Positions 13,310 to 26,400 of a stretch of 64,000 nucleotides of DNA are shown here, piece by piece; within the stretch, counting starts at the first letter, position 1; every line of letters starts with the position of its first letter. This DNA is from Octopus vulgaris (taxonomy: Eukaryota): NCBI GenBank assembly GCA_951406725.2, contig OX597829.1, forward strand, positions 37,758,001 to 37,822,000. Reading direction: 5' to 3'. Both the position numbers and the translations under genes were made by a program. The notes under the pieces were generated by a model, which ran no database searches, had not been told where the DNA came from, and saw only the letters and a program-made list of their open reading frames with translations.

Positions 13310-13739
13310 GACAAGGAACAAAACTGGATAACAACCAAATAAATTTGTGCATATGCTGATCCTTGATAAACTCCTGTGTAGAGATCTTCATAGCACAGTG
13401 ACAAACATAATATAGAAGTATTCTATTAAGACCATTTTAAACCTACAACCATAATCAAAACTATTAATTTCAATTAAACAACTGTCCTGCAGAACAATGG
13501 GATACTGAACATAAACATTGATTAAATATCAAGTGTTAATATATCTTTCTTCTTTTACCTGTCATTTTACTGCAGCCATGCTGGAGCACTGACCTGAAGA
13601 ATTTTTTGTCGAAGGAATCAACTTCAGTACTTATTCTATCAGTTGCTTTTGCTGGACTGCTAGATTATAGTGATGTAAACATACCAACACCAGTTGTCAA
13701 GAACTGGTGGGGAACAAACACACACACACACTCATATAC

Positions 13740-13777
<38 letters not shown>

Positions 13778-13779
<2 letters not shown>

Positions 13780-14058
13780 AGGTGGCCCAGTGGTTAGGGC
13801 AGCAGACTCATGGTCATAGGATCGTGGTTTCGATTCCCAGACCGGGCGTTGTGAGTATTTATTGAGTGAAAACACCTAAAGCTCCATGAGGCTCTGGCAG
13901 GGTGTGGTGGTGATCCCTGCTGTACTCTTTCGCCACAACTTTCTCTCACTCTTTGTTGGCCTGTTCGCTTAGCCAGCGTAGTGGCGTTATTTGAAAGCTA
14001 AAACAATGCAAAGCGCATTGTGACCAGCGATGTGTAGCAACATCTGATAGCCTGGTCG

Positions 14059-14060
<2 letters not shown>
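13778..14060 (+). mobile_element. tRNA-derived SINE family C; related copies at 40775..41068 (nested in an older SINE, 40595..41215), 56305..56630 and 62530..62850
   Basis: A box tggcccagtggtt, B box gtttcgattccc, and a body (gaaacacctaa.gctcca.g.ggctctggcag) shared with the 40775 copy. Confidence 0.8.
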
Positions 14061-14112
<52 letters not shown>

Positions 14113-14116
<4 letters not shown>

Positions 14117-16875
14117 TAGATAATAAACTTAGATATGTTTCGACCAAAGCTTGGTCCAGGCCATGTCTAACTTAATAGCACCACCTGATAGGATTATTCG
14201 AATCCTGTTTAAGTCAAGTTTTGTTTATGGTCCATTCAAGTAGTGAGTTCTTATTGGGTGAGTTGTATCCAATTATGGGTGGCTTATCTGGTATTCTTTG
14301 AAGGAATTTATCCAGACTCCGTTTAAAGTTGATGGAATCCTTTTCCTCTTTGATCTCCCTCAGGACAATGTTAAATAGGGCAGGGCCTGTTGAGGAAAAG
14401 AAATTATGTTGCAGTGTACATGTATGCTGTGATCTTGAATTGGGCAGGGGATGTATGGCCCGTGGTCCCAGTCTTGGATGAACCTTGAAGCTAATGTTAA
14501 GGTCGTTTGGGCAAAGTTGGCGGTATATTCTCCACATCGTACAAATGATGTACCGCTCACGGCGACACTGGAGAGAGTAAAGTTTCAAGGCTTTAAGGCG
14601 ATCCCAATAATCGAGAGCAGCCATGCCTTCAATTCGTTTAGTGAGTGCCCTCTGGGGTGACTCAATCCTGGAGATGTTTTGTCTTGTATGGGGAGACCAC
14701 AGTGGGCAGCAATATTCGAGGTGTGGCTGTACAAAGGAGGAGAAAAGTGGTATGATGACACCTTGTTCTCTGGACCGGAAAGTTCTCAAGATCCAGGAAC
14801 TCATCCTACGAGCTATATCGACCTTCTTGTTGATGTGTGCACTCCAACTGAAATCGTCATCAACAATTACACCCAGGTCTCTGATATTGTTAGAGGCTGT
14901 GAGCGGTTCCCCTGAAGGAAGAGAGTATGGCTGTTTTAGTGAGGAATTTCTTCCAAAATGCATCAGCTCAAATTTTCCCTCATTCAGTTGCATTTTGTTT
15001 CTGTCTGCCCATTGACTCACAGCATATAGATCAGACTGGAGTTGAGTTCGGTCTGCTTCTTCATTGACGATTTGCTGGAGCTTAGTGTCATCAGCAAATA
15101 TTTTCACTTTGCAGTAATGTACGACACTGGAAAGGTCGTTTATGTAAATTATGAAGAGTAGCAGACCCAAAACAGTCCCCTGGGGAACACCGCTGGTGAC
15201 TTATGCTGGGCTTGAGTGGACTCCATCAACTACAACATGTGTTCTATTCGCCAGGAAATACTTAATCCAGTGTAGAACTTTTCCACGGATTCCAACATTT
15301 GCCAATTTTGAGAGAAGGATATTATGGTCAACCCTGTCGAATGCTTTACTGAAGTCAAGATATATGACGTCAGAGTTCGAACCTGTTCCCAGGGCTTTGA
15401 GTACATCTTCAATGTGGTGTAAGAGCTGTGTTAGACAGTCCCTGCCACAGCGAAAGCCATGCTGATTTGCATTTAGGAGTTTGTGGGTCTCCAGGAAGTC
15501 AGCTATCCTGGATCTTAACACTCTTTCAAACACTTTAATGATGTGGGAGGTGAGTGAGATTGGGCGATAGTTAACTGCGAGGGATCTGTTTCCCTGTTTG
15601 AAAACCGGGATGACCGACTGGGATAGAAACTGTTTCGGTATATAACCTGCGTCTAGCGAATTTCTCCAGAGGTTGGTCAGAGGGACTGCAAGTTGGTGTC
15701 TACATTCCTTCAGGAGACTAGCAGGGAATCTATCAGAGCCAACAGCAGAGTAGTATTTGACCGCATTTATTGCTGCTACGATGTCAGTGGCAGTGAAGGT
15801 TAGGTCTGAGATTTTATGTTGGGAGTCAACTTCGTTCGCTTCTCTTACGTCAATATCAGTGGGAACACTAAAGACAGAGCAGTATTGTTTCTGCAGTATT
15901 TCTGCCATTTCTTTAGCATCGTGTTGGGGAATGCCGTTATCATCGCCCAATGGGTGAGACAGTGGTTCTATGCTTATTTGCATAAGAATAGAACACTTTT
16001 GGGTTCTGTTTGATGTTTTTGATTACCCACTGTTCCTCCACAGCTCTTTGATTTTCAATGGAGGTTTTCATGTCGGTCTGCAGATGAAGTTTTTCCAGCT
16101 CTAGCCTTTTCATTGTTGTTGAATGTGGATGTTGTATGTGTGAATATTTTAATTGGTTGATTTTTTTATTGAGTCTTTTGATGCGCCTGATGAGTGTTTT
16201 TTTCTTTTTAGGGAGCCGGTTTCTGTTTGTGTTAGTAGATTTCGTGGGAGCGTGTTTAGAGCATGTATAGGTGACAATGTTTTCAAAGTGCTGCGACGTG
16301 GTCTCAATATGGGTGGAATTGAGAGTAAAAGACCAGTCGATGGAACACAGATCCTTTCTGATTGCTCCCCAGTCCGCTTTGTGGAAGTTGATGTTGTCAA
16401 ATGGGTGCCATGGAGTGGGATTGGCTGGTTTGGTTTTTATATGTTGGGAATTAAAATTGCAGAGTACCATGTCGTGGTCTGAGAGGAGAGTTTTTTCAAC
16501 TGAAATACTGTGAACGAAGCTAGAGTAATTGTTCAATACCAGATCCAAGGTCATTTTATTCTGCCTCGTTGGTTCGAGCACTAGCTGAGTCAGGAAGTAT
16601 TCATCCATCAGATTAAAGAGCAGTTCTGCTGCTACTCTATCTGATGTAGAGCACTTGCCTAACTTCAGAGAATTTGTGGGCCAGTTCACATGAGGGAGGT
16701 TAAAATCACCCATGACTAGAATGTTTCCGGAGTGGTACTTCCGAAGGAAGGACTTGACTTTGCTAAGGCACTCTTCAAAGCACTTTAGAGGTGCTTGGGG
16801 AGGCCTGTAAAGACCAACAATGATTATGTCCTTGGCCTTGCTGAATAGTGATACCGATTCACAGTAGCCATTGGA
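14113..16875 (-). mobile_element. 5'-truncated CR1/Jockey-group LINE; ORF2 (APE endonuclease C-terminus plus RT) broken by two frameshifts
   Basis: Three consecutive ORFs (15940..16713, 15201..15983, 14214..15170) contain YRPP, GDFN, LDLVL, SDHD, NYRPISLTS, YLDFSKAFD, GVPQG and FADD. The 3' UTR has a stem-loop and a short repeated tail (atctaagtttat). Confidence 0.95.
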
Positions 16876-17638
16876 AAATATGTCCTTGGCTTCTTTCAGT
16901 TTTCATCTACCAAATCCACTCACGAGTAGAAGACACTTGCCTAAGGTGCCATGCAGTGATACTGATCCATGTAGTTGTGAAGTAAGCTTCATACCACACA
17001 AACACACCTATAAATGTTATATATATCTTCTATGTTCTTTACATTATATGTGTGTGTGTGAATGTGCACATGCATTTATGAAAGAGACACAGAAGTGGAT
17101 ATAAGATGATGTGCATGGGCTGAAGGAGCATTACACACACACAAACACACACACACATTGACAGGTATACATCACTTGTTTATGACAAAATGCTAGAATA
17201 TTCTTTTTACCTTTAGTAGTAGGATCGGCGGGACAGAGGAGGAGGAAGAGGCAGCAGTCCTTATCCAATATCTTCAGCACTGTCTCATTTTGTACCCTCC
17301 TGAATTATGCCCTCTGACTTTCAATGCTCTCAGCAGGCATGCTTCATTACAACTTATCTCATCGTTCAACATAGTTATTACATATATTTCAAAACATGTT
17401 TCTTTTTGACTGACAGATGTTTTTCACAACATTTATTACTTTTAATTCAAATACACACACATGTGCACACACACACACATGCGCGCGCACACACACACAC
17501 ACAAATGTATGTATATGTATCCATTCATATGTTACAAGATATTCACTCACACAGTAACATGCATACAAAACACATGTGCAGATACATACATTAGGGAATA
17601 GATACATACGTGCACATACACAAATGTGTGCAGGTACC

Positions 17639-17859
17639 TATTTCTTTATTACCCACAAGGGGCTAAACACAGAGGGGACAAACAAGGACAGACATAGGTA
17701 TTAAGTCGATTACAAAGACCCCAGTGCGTAACTGGTACTTAATTTATCGACCCCGAAAGGATGAAAGGCAAAGTCCACCACGGCGGAATTTGAACTCACA
17801 ACGTAACGACAGATGAAATACGGCTACGCATTTCACCCGGCGTGCTAACAATTCTGCCA
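17639..17859 (-). mobile_element. SINE family B
   Basis: Same core; TSD gtgcaggtacc. Confidence 0.88.
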
Positions 17860-17944
17860 GTGCAGGTACCACATAGATACATGCTCAGACAGTAACACTC
17901 ATACATATATACATACAAATATAAAAAATGTGCAGATACACAGA

Positions 17945-18282
17945 TGCGTGGCACCTTGGGCAAGTGTCTTCTACTATAGCCTCGGGTCGACCAAAGCCTT
18001 GTGAGTGGATTTGGTAGACGGAAACTGAAAGAAGCCCGTCGTATATATGTATATATATATGCGTGTGTGTGTTTGTGTGTCTGTATTTGTCCCCCTAGCA
18101 TTGCTTGACAACCGATGCTGGTGTGTTTATGTCCCCGTTACTTAGCGGTTCGGCAAAAGAAACTGATAGAATAAGTACTGGGCTTACAAAAGAATAAGTC
18201 CCGGGGTCGAGTTGCTCGATTAAAGGCGATGCTCCAGCATGGCCGCAGTCAAATGACTGAAACAAGTAAAAGAGTAAAGAGT
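17945..18282 (+). mobile_element. SINE family A, 5'-truncated
   Basis: Starts at tgcgtggcaccttggg; tail intact. Confidence 0.88.
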
Positions 18283-18309
18283 ATACCTACATGTGCAAAT
18301 GCATATAAC

Positions 18310-19690
18310 TTAGGTATTGTGAGATCCATAAGCTTCCTCCTGTATGGGCAATGTGCCACATCACATCTCACTCGTATTTAATTGATCCCCATTCGAGTGT
18401 CCACACTAGGGTGTTCTTGGATTAACACATTTTTCCATTTTCGTTCTTGAAGTAACCATATCATTGCAGTCTTTGCCTGATAATTTGCACAAAATGTAAT
18501 TTTTGCATTATCACATTTTGCAGTAGCTGGGATTTGCCTTAGAATAATATTTCCTCATTTGCAATTCCATCTTTGAGGATCTTCTGTCGATGTCATAATA
18601 AGTGGAACGTGTCTAGCTTCTTTACCACTTCCACCAACATTTTCCATACTTCATTGCCAGACAAAACTACTGAGAGAACTAATCCGCTATATAACTGAAT
18701 CTTCTTGTCAGTACTGGTGCCTGCTGTTGCCTAGATTCATCGATTCAAGGTGGCGAGCTGGCAGAACCGTTAGCACGCCGGGCGAAATGCTTAGCGGTAT
18801 TTCGTCTGCCGTCACGTTCTGAGTTCAAATTCTGCCGAGGTTGACTTTGCCTTTCATCCTTTCGGGGTCGATTAAATAAGTACCCGTTACGCACTGGGGT
18901 CTATATGATCGACTTAATCCGTTTGTCAGGTCCCCTCTAAGTTTAGTCCCTTGTGGGCAATAAAGAAATAAGATTCATCAATTCAACTATTCACATCACT
19001 AGCTATGCTTCCCTTACTACTGATTTACTCTGCCATGGTGCGAGAAATTGCCGCTGCTTTGATGAAGTTGAACAGTTGGGTTGTGGCATTAATCTGCATT
19101 ACTTTGGTCTTTCCACAGTTAATTATGAACTTGATCTTCCCTGCTCTCATTTCTACCATCATCATCATCATCATCATCATCGTTTAGCGTCCGCTTTCCA
19201 TGCTAGCATGGGTTGGACGGTCCAACTGGGGTCTGGGAAGCCAGAAGGCTGCACCAGGCTCCAGTCTTATCTGGCAATGTTTCTACAGCTGGATGCCCTT
19301 CCTAACGCCAACCACTCCGTGAGTGTAGTGGGTGCTTTTTACGTGCCACCGGCACAGGTGCAGCAATGCAATATCATCAGCAAAGGCTAGGACCACCGTG
19401 TCTTTCTACTTTGCCCCACCCCCACCCAAACCACCCCAATGGGTAAAATTTCTAATCATGATGTCAAGTTATTTATCGGTGACTTCAATGCATAGATCAG
19501 TAGTAGTAGTAGTAACCAGTAAAAGCAGCCAATCATGTCGCTGAGCCACATGGATCGAGCAAAGAAACCAGCGAAAATAGAGAATGTCTGGATACTGCTG
19601 TGAAACGTGAACAGCTGCCACATTGGTAGCATTTATTTTTGTGCACCAAACGATTCATAAAATGTCATGGCAATCATCAGATGAAACACT
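18310..19690. mobile_element. Old RTE-like LINE remnant (RT on minus strand, endonuclease piece on plus strand), interrupted by two SINE-type insertions
   Basis: Minus: LAFADDIALL (FADD 19373..19384), INCGKTKVM, KIQLYSGLVLSVVLSGNEVW. Plus: HDVKLFIGDFNA (GDFNA 19478..19492) and HQTIHKMSWQSSD. Confidence 0.7.
18746..18970 (+). mobile_element. SINE family B inserted in the RTE remnant
   Basis: Same core; TSD agattcatc(g/a)att. Confidence 0.88.
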
Positions 19691-19695
19691 GAAGA

Positions 19696-19906
19696 TACAT
19701 ACATACATACATATATATATATATATACATACATACATATGCATACATATATATGCATACATACATATATATACATACACATATACATACACATACATAT
19801 ATACATACACATATACATACATACACATATATATGCATACATACATATATACACATACATACATATATATATATATACATACACACACACATATATATAC
19901 ATACAC

Positions 19907-19939
<33 letters not shown>

Positions 19940-20111
19940 TATATATATATATACACATACACACATATATATATATACACACATACACACATATATATAT
20001 ACATACATATATACACATACACATATATATATACACATACACACACATATATATACACACATACACACATATATATACACATACACACACACATATACAC
20101 ATACACACACA

Positions 20112-20194
<83 letters not shown>

Positions 20195-20213
20195 GTGCAG
20201 ATACATATGTATG
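19696..20213. repeat. Compound (CA/TA/CATA)n microsatellite
   Basis: Seen directly. Confidence 0.97.
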
Positions 20214-21310
20214 CAGAACCTATACATTTAGGCACAAATACATGCATACATTTCTACATAGTTGCTGTCTGAATTACAAAGAAAATACCTGGCTTCCGGT
20301 TTGGAAGCTGACTCACATTATTGATGAGAAATTTTAAGAACATAATTACAGTGTGTGTATGTGTGTTTGCATATACACATAGTTGCTTGACCTACAAAGA
20401 GCAGCCAAATTTCTCTCATATTACTCTCTTCTACTGTCTTAAAAATGTGGGAACAAAACGTGAGAATATATGAATGTACAGAATGTCCAAGGTTAAGACT
20501 TCAATACTTCTCTTAATTGTCGTGCTCATCAAAGATTCGCTTGTAGTTAATCAACAACCACATTGACTATAAATTCTGAATGGTTGTTATTATTTTTAAA
20601 TAACCAAAATTAAAAATAATTATCTGTTAAAGGGATTAGAGCTTTGAATTAGAGATTGAAGATTATCAATAACTTTTGAATTTGTAGAAGTCCAAATTTT
20701 GTAAGGAAGCAAACGACTTGTTTTTTTTTTTTATAGCAACATTCACAACACTTTTCAGATCCTCCAAGACTGTTGAGCAGAAAGCGAATGTTTCCTCAAA
20801 CTGACCCTGGTTTGAATTCTTGCAACAGAGTGGATTTCACCCACAACACCTAAAGGCCATGTAATTGTGTTAAACTGGGGCAACAGATTAAGTCTACCAC
20901 CTCAAAAACAGAAGCAATGCTCATGACAAACTTCTGTTTATAATTTCCATTACCAAATTCCATTCACACAGCTTTGGTCGGCTCAAGGCTATGATTGAAG
21001 ACATCTGACAAAGGTTCCCCACAGTGGGACTCAGAAACACAGTTGCCATTATTGTTTTAAAGTTCATTATTTTCTTGTTCGCATGGGTCAGACAGAATTT
21101 TTTTTAAGTGGATTTTCTACAGCCAGATGCTCTTCCTGCTACAAACCCTCACCTGTTTCCATGTAAGGTAATATTTTGCCATGAATAACATATTTTCATG
21201 GATGATTGAAAACAAAGGATACCACTAGAATGATGATGATGTGATGTCAAGCCAAGAAGGCACAAACATACACTCATGCGCATATACATACATACAATTA
21301 CAAACACATA

Positions 21311-21519
21311 TATGAGGTGATACTGAAGTGTTCCTGGCTTTGGGTAAAAGAAAATACAGGTGGATCAGTTAATTATGATTTTATTCTCCCCTCAGATTCA
21401 CACTTATTGCAGCGGTTCTTCAGTTTTTCTAAGTCCTGGAAAAGAACTCATATGGCTGGGCCTCCAACCAGGCCTTTTGCAATATCCTTAAAGCCAGAAA
21501 CTTTTCAGTGACCCTCATA
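21311..21519. mobile_element. Mariner-type MITE
   Basis: Imperfect TIRs of about 30 bp (tatgaggtgatactgaagtgttcctggcttt and aaagccagaaacttttcagtgaccctcata), with TA at both ends. Confidence 0.7.
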
Positions 21520-23008
21520 TATATTCATAGACATACACAAACATAATGGGCTTCTTTCAGTTTCCCTCAACTAGATTCACTCACAGTGCTTTTATTCACC
21601 AGGAGCTATAGTGGAAGACATTTGCCCAAGGTGCAAAGCAGTGAGACAGAAACCAGAACCATGCAGTTGGGAAGCAACTTCTTAACTGCATGGCCATGCT
21701 TGCACACAATGAAACTCTTAACTGAACAGCTACGCTTGTGTCCTTAGAATCAATTTGGATTCATTTGATCAATTCTAGAAGGATAAAAAGTAAAGTAGAC
21801 TCACAAAATATCTGAATTCTGCACATGGGATAAAAAGTATGAAACAGCAGCATGTTGCATCATGAAGGACATAAGCTATCAGGAATGACGGAATGCCAAG
21901 TTGAAAACATTGCTGCTACTTACTGTTGGGAATGTGGGAGGATCTAGATATAACTTGGAAATTTATTATATCAGTGAATTATGGTGGTCAACAAAATGTT
22001 CACAGAATAGCAATACAGCTTTTACATCATCATCATTATCATTTAATGTCCATTTTCCATGCTAGCATGGGTTGGACAGTTTGACAGGAGCTGGCCAGCC
22101 ACAGAGCTGCAGCAGGCTCCAATTGTCACCGTTAACATGGTTTCTACAGCTGGATACCCTTCTTGCTGCCAACCACTTTACAGTGTTCTGGGTGCTTTTA
22201 ACATGGTACCAGCACTGGTACTTTTACATGGCTTTTAAGTGGTAAAGTTTTATTTTAAACATTAAGTTGTTTTTACTGTTAACAAATCCTACAGTCTTTT
22301 TAAATTAATATTTGAAAGAATGTATTTGTATTTTACTGTTTCTATATTTTTATATATTTGATAAAAAAAAAAGTATGACTGCTTTGTAAGCATATGTAAC
22401 AGAAGTTTCCACCCCCTGTTGCAATCATTTCAGTACTGCGAGAAATTATGGAACAACAGAAGGTGATAGAGAGTTACTTTGATACCTTACTCTGTCTTAT
22501 AGTTTCTGTATTTAAATCCCACCATTACATGTCTTTGGATAACAATCCTGACTAGCACTCATGCAATATATGATTCTACTATTGAGAAAAATAAATAAAT
22601 AAAAACAACAGAGCATTAAGTACATGCACATACACACATGTACTTACATGTGTACTAGCACAAACAAACATAAACATACCAAAAAATTACAACTGCAACA
22701 CATTAATGAAATTGTAAAAATATGTAAAACATTCCAGAAGTCTACAGTGTATATGTATACACACATACATGCTAGATGCACATGTATATAAGTCAAGACA
22801 AAGAAATTTATGCAATAGCATGTATACATACAAACTGTATACACACATACATGAAAACCTAGTTAATGTCCAAATTCCAATTATGGTTCTTTGTTTCTGG
22901 GTTGAAGACAAGTTCTCTATTGTAAACAAATTGGAAAAATAATATCAGAAGAACACACACACACACACACACACACACATAAATGATGAAATATAATATA
23001 AAAACTAC

Positions 23009-23046
23009 CTTGAAAGGAGGGATTGTTTCTTTTCTAAATTTGTTAT
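23009..23046 (-). CDS. Probable 38-nt coding exon (ITNLEKKQSLLS)
   Basis: Strong acceptor gatattcttttctatttcag and donor AAG|gtagtt. Its 3n+2 length supplies exactly the phase 0 to 2 change needed to join exon 36238 to exon 10684 without a stop. Confidence 0.55.
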
Positions 23047-23482
23047 CTGAAATAGAAAAGAATATCAATATTATAACAGCATCTGCCAAATTTAATTAAA
23101 ATAATAAGTTATCTTTTATAATAAACAAAATTAAATAAAATCAAAAATAAAACCATACCATATTTACATAGATAATTATGCACTATTTTTTTCCATGAAA
23201 AAGAAACATGATCATCTGATTTCCATAATACTGACTCTACAGCAGATGCTCTTATACAGCCTACACCAGTAAAGTTCAATGGTCACTTTTGAATTTGCTT
23301 ATGTTTCGTTTATGATTTGAACGTTTTCAATGTATTTTATACAGCAATTATAATAAATCTGACTATACAATACTTTTTGGATATATCATAGTACTGTAGA
23401 AAAATTTCTGAGCTCCTTTGTAATGTTCCTTTCATTTTCAAGTAGTCAATATGTGTAGAAGTCTAATGTTGAGTAAAATTTA

Positions 23483-23857
23483 AGCCTAATCATCATCATC
23501 ATCATCATCGTTTAACGTCCGTTCTCCATGCTAGCATGGGTTGGACGGTTCGACCAGGGATCTGGGAAGCCAGAAGGCTGCACCAGGCTCCAGTCTTATC
23601 TGGCAATGTTTCTACAGCTGGATACCCTTCCTAACGCCAACCACTCCGTGAGTGTAGTGGGTGCTTTTTACGTGCCATCCGCACAGGTGCCAGGCAAGGC
23701 TGGCAACGGCCACGGTCGGATTGGTGTATTTTATGTGCCACCGGCATGGAAGCCAGTCGAGGCGGCGCTGGCATCGGCCACGAGTCGGATAGTGCTTTTT
23801 ACGTACCACCAGACCAGGGATCCTGGCTGGTTCAATTCAATTTCGCTTGCCCCAACA
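23483..23857 (-). mobile_element. RTE 3'-end-derived repeat with (GAT)n tail; other copies at 19157..19360, 22027..22230, 29960..30653, 37690..37923, 43560..43775, 59650..60025, 60795..60945 and 63290..63570
   Basis: Shares ggcgttaggaagggcatccagc...caacccatgctagcatgga..acggacgttaaa(gat)n with the 3' end of the RTE at 32550..35230; 13-bp TSD tgagtaaaattta. Confidence 0.85.
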
Positions 23858-24279
23858 TGAGTAAAATTTATTTCCTCTACAACAAAGAGTTATACTGAAT
23901 GTATAAAAAGTTTAATTATTAATTATTAAATTACTTTAGAAATTATTAATTTTTATTGTGTGCTAATTGCAAAACATGCTTGTACAAAGCTTAGAAGGAT
24001 CACAGCATGAAATCAAAGAGGAAATCTGGAAGCTGTTGAATGGCAATGATTCATTAGAAGTCTTCTTGCCACACGACCATGACACTGCCCTTGTCTGCCA
24101 GTTAGTGGGCATGGAAGACTGGAAGCTATCTAAATATCAGAAAAAGTTAACCTGTATCATAATTCATACCAAGTATCAAAATGCCAACGCCATGACTGCT
24201 ACTCAATGCCCTGTGAACACTGTAAAGGTTGTAAGGCATGACACACAGCTGCAACAGAGACTATGAAACTGTGGCCAGT

Positions 24280-24865
24280 TGAGCATAACAGGTGTTTTTA
24301 CTGCATCTGCACACCTGAGTTCATCTCCACATCTTTGAACAAGGCCTTTAGTCATAATTCAGACAGTTATGTGAAGCTGCAAGAGACTGTTGTCACTCCC
24401 TGATAGGAGAGGGTTGCTGCTGGAAAGCCACATGTGTGCGTTAGCAGGATTCGGCTCCTTGCCATAACTCTGGAAAGAGTCAGAAGTGATTGTTGAAGAA
24501 TTTTTCTATGACTTCACCAGCCCAGATTTTTTGGCATCCTAATTCTGCCAGTTGTTATCCCATGGATTACTATGTGTGGGACACGGTTGAGAAAGACAGC
24601 ATCTGCTCTACCTGAGCTGGTAGCCAATATCAAGGGGGTGTTTGAAGATCTTCCCAGGAAAACTGTGAAAAATGCATGCGCCAGGTTCTGGAGCTGTCTT
24701 GAGGTTACAGTGGTAGAGGCTGAGGGTGACTATTTTGAATAAACTATTAACTCCCAGTTTATTTTTTTAGATTTTTTAAAAAGTACTTTCATTTTTGGAT
24801 GGGATATTGTGTTTTCCTTTCCTTTTATGCAAATGGTCAAATTTAGCCCAAATGCCCCTGTGCAT
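24280..24865 (+). mobile_element. Tc1/mariner-superfamily transposase remnant (DDxD type) with right end
   Basis: QDSAPCH (about 24445..24465) and WHPNSASCYPMDYYVW (about 24532..24579) match QQDxAPxH and WPPNSPDLNPxDYxVW; disabled. Confidence 0.8.
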
Positions 24866-26340
24866 ACATATTTACATTTATACATATGTACAGAAATGCA
24901 TCTGTCCATTTACTAGGACATTCCATCAGTTATGATGACGAGTGTTCCAGTTGCTCATGAAATTAACATGCAGGTTGCTAGACAGACATGCATACCCTCA
25001 GAGAGATTCAGCATGACACGAAGAATGTGACAATGCTGGCCCTTTGAAATACACATGCAACTCATTTTTGCCAGCTGAGTGGACTGGAGCAATGCAAAAT
25101 AAAGTGTCTTGCTCAAGGACACAGCATGCCCTGTGCAATCACACTCATGACCTTACAATCTTAAGCCGAATGCACAAACCACTAAGCCATGCACCTCCAA
25201 ACATGTGTAATATATATCCTTTAATGTGTAGGTACATGTGTGTGTGTGTGTATATATGAGAAAGAGAGAGGGGCATATGAAGAGAGAGTAAGAGCATTGA
25301 AAGATAGAGCTTTGGGAAAAGATTTGCTTTAATAACTTTGATACATAAGGCACATCGAATTTGTAAAGCAAACTTTTTGAAAACTCTTTGTGTGTGTGTG
25401 TATTAGCCTTTATCAATGTCAAGTCTTTTTATATAAGGGTGTGTGTGTGTGTTAGCCTTTATCAATGTTAAATCTTTTCATATAAGGGTGTGTGTGTGTG
25501 CGTGCACAAAAGTGCATGTATGTTTGTATGTAGGAAAGGCTGTTAGGTACAGGAATGGCCTTTTGGAATGAGTGTGACTGTGTGGTTTATAGTCTTGAGA
25601 TCAATCCCACTGTGAGGCATCATGAGCAAGTGTCTTCTGCTACTGCTCCAGACTGACCAAAGCCTTGTGTGTGGATCTGGAAGACAGAAAGTAAGTGTGT
25701 GTGTGTGTGTGTGTGTGTAGTTAAGAAGTTTGCTTTGCAACTATGTGGTTTCAGGTTCAGTACCAAGTGTCTTCTACTATAGCCCTGAGCTAACCAAAGC
25801 CTTGTGAGGAATTAATAGATGGAAACTGTAAAAAGCCTGTCTGTGTGTGGGTGTGTGAATGCTTACAGTCCGCAACATCTCCACAGGAAATTGTTTGAGA
25901 AAAAACAGTGAGACTATATTGACTTATTAAAGGTGGCGAGCTGCCAGAAACGTTAGCGCGCCGGGCGAAATGTTTAGCGGTATTTCGTCTGTCGTTATGT
26001 TCTGAGTTCAAATTCCGCCGAGGTCGATCCTTTCGGGGTCGATAAATAAAGTACCAGTTTTGCAACTGGGGTCATTGTGATTCCTTTGTCCTTGTTTGTC
26101 CCCTCTATGTTTAGCCCCTTGTGGGCAGTAAAGAAATATATATTGACTTTTCCCTGTAGCTCTGCACTTTTGAAGACCAGTAGAATGAAAATCTTGTATT
26201 TGCAAACAGGTAAGGGTTAGCAACAGGGAGGGTATCCAGCTGTAAAATAATACCTCAATAATAGTGCTTCACTCAATTTAAGTAAGAATACTGAAAATGA
26301 ATAATGATGTTCATTTGCAACTATTACGTGATATCAAGAC

Positions 26341-26400
26341 AAATCCTTAAAAATGTTTTAGCCCGAAGGCCGCAGCCATGCTGGGGCACCACCACTGAAA
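26341..26400 (-). mobile_element. 5'-truncated copy of the 5S-element tail
   Basis: The reverse complement tttcagtggtggtgccccagcatggctgcggccttcgggctaaaacatttttaaggattt is nearly identical to 57280..57339. Confidence 0.8.

Noticed and set aside
14214-16713. Active autonomous LINE
   Set aside because: It is 5'-truncated within the endonuclease and has two frameshifts.
17211-17300. Candidate exon ending AAG|gtaaaa
   Set aside because: There are stops in the frame required after exon 36238, and the end phase is incompatible with exon 10684.
19623-20337. Long His/Thr/Tyr/Ile or Cys/Val ORFs (also 27583..28309 and 35377..36055)
   Set aside because: They are translations of (CA/TA)n microsatellites, which lack stop codons in all frames.
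25389-25500. Two-copy tandem repeat of about 49 bp
   Set aside because: An ordinary slippage duplication anchored on (TG)n, with no sign of function.
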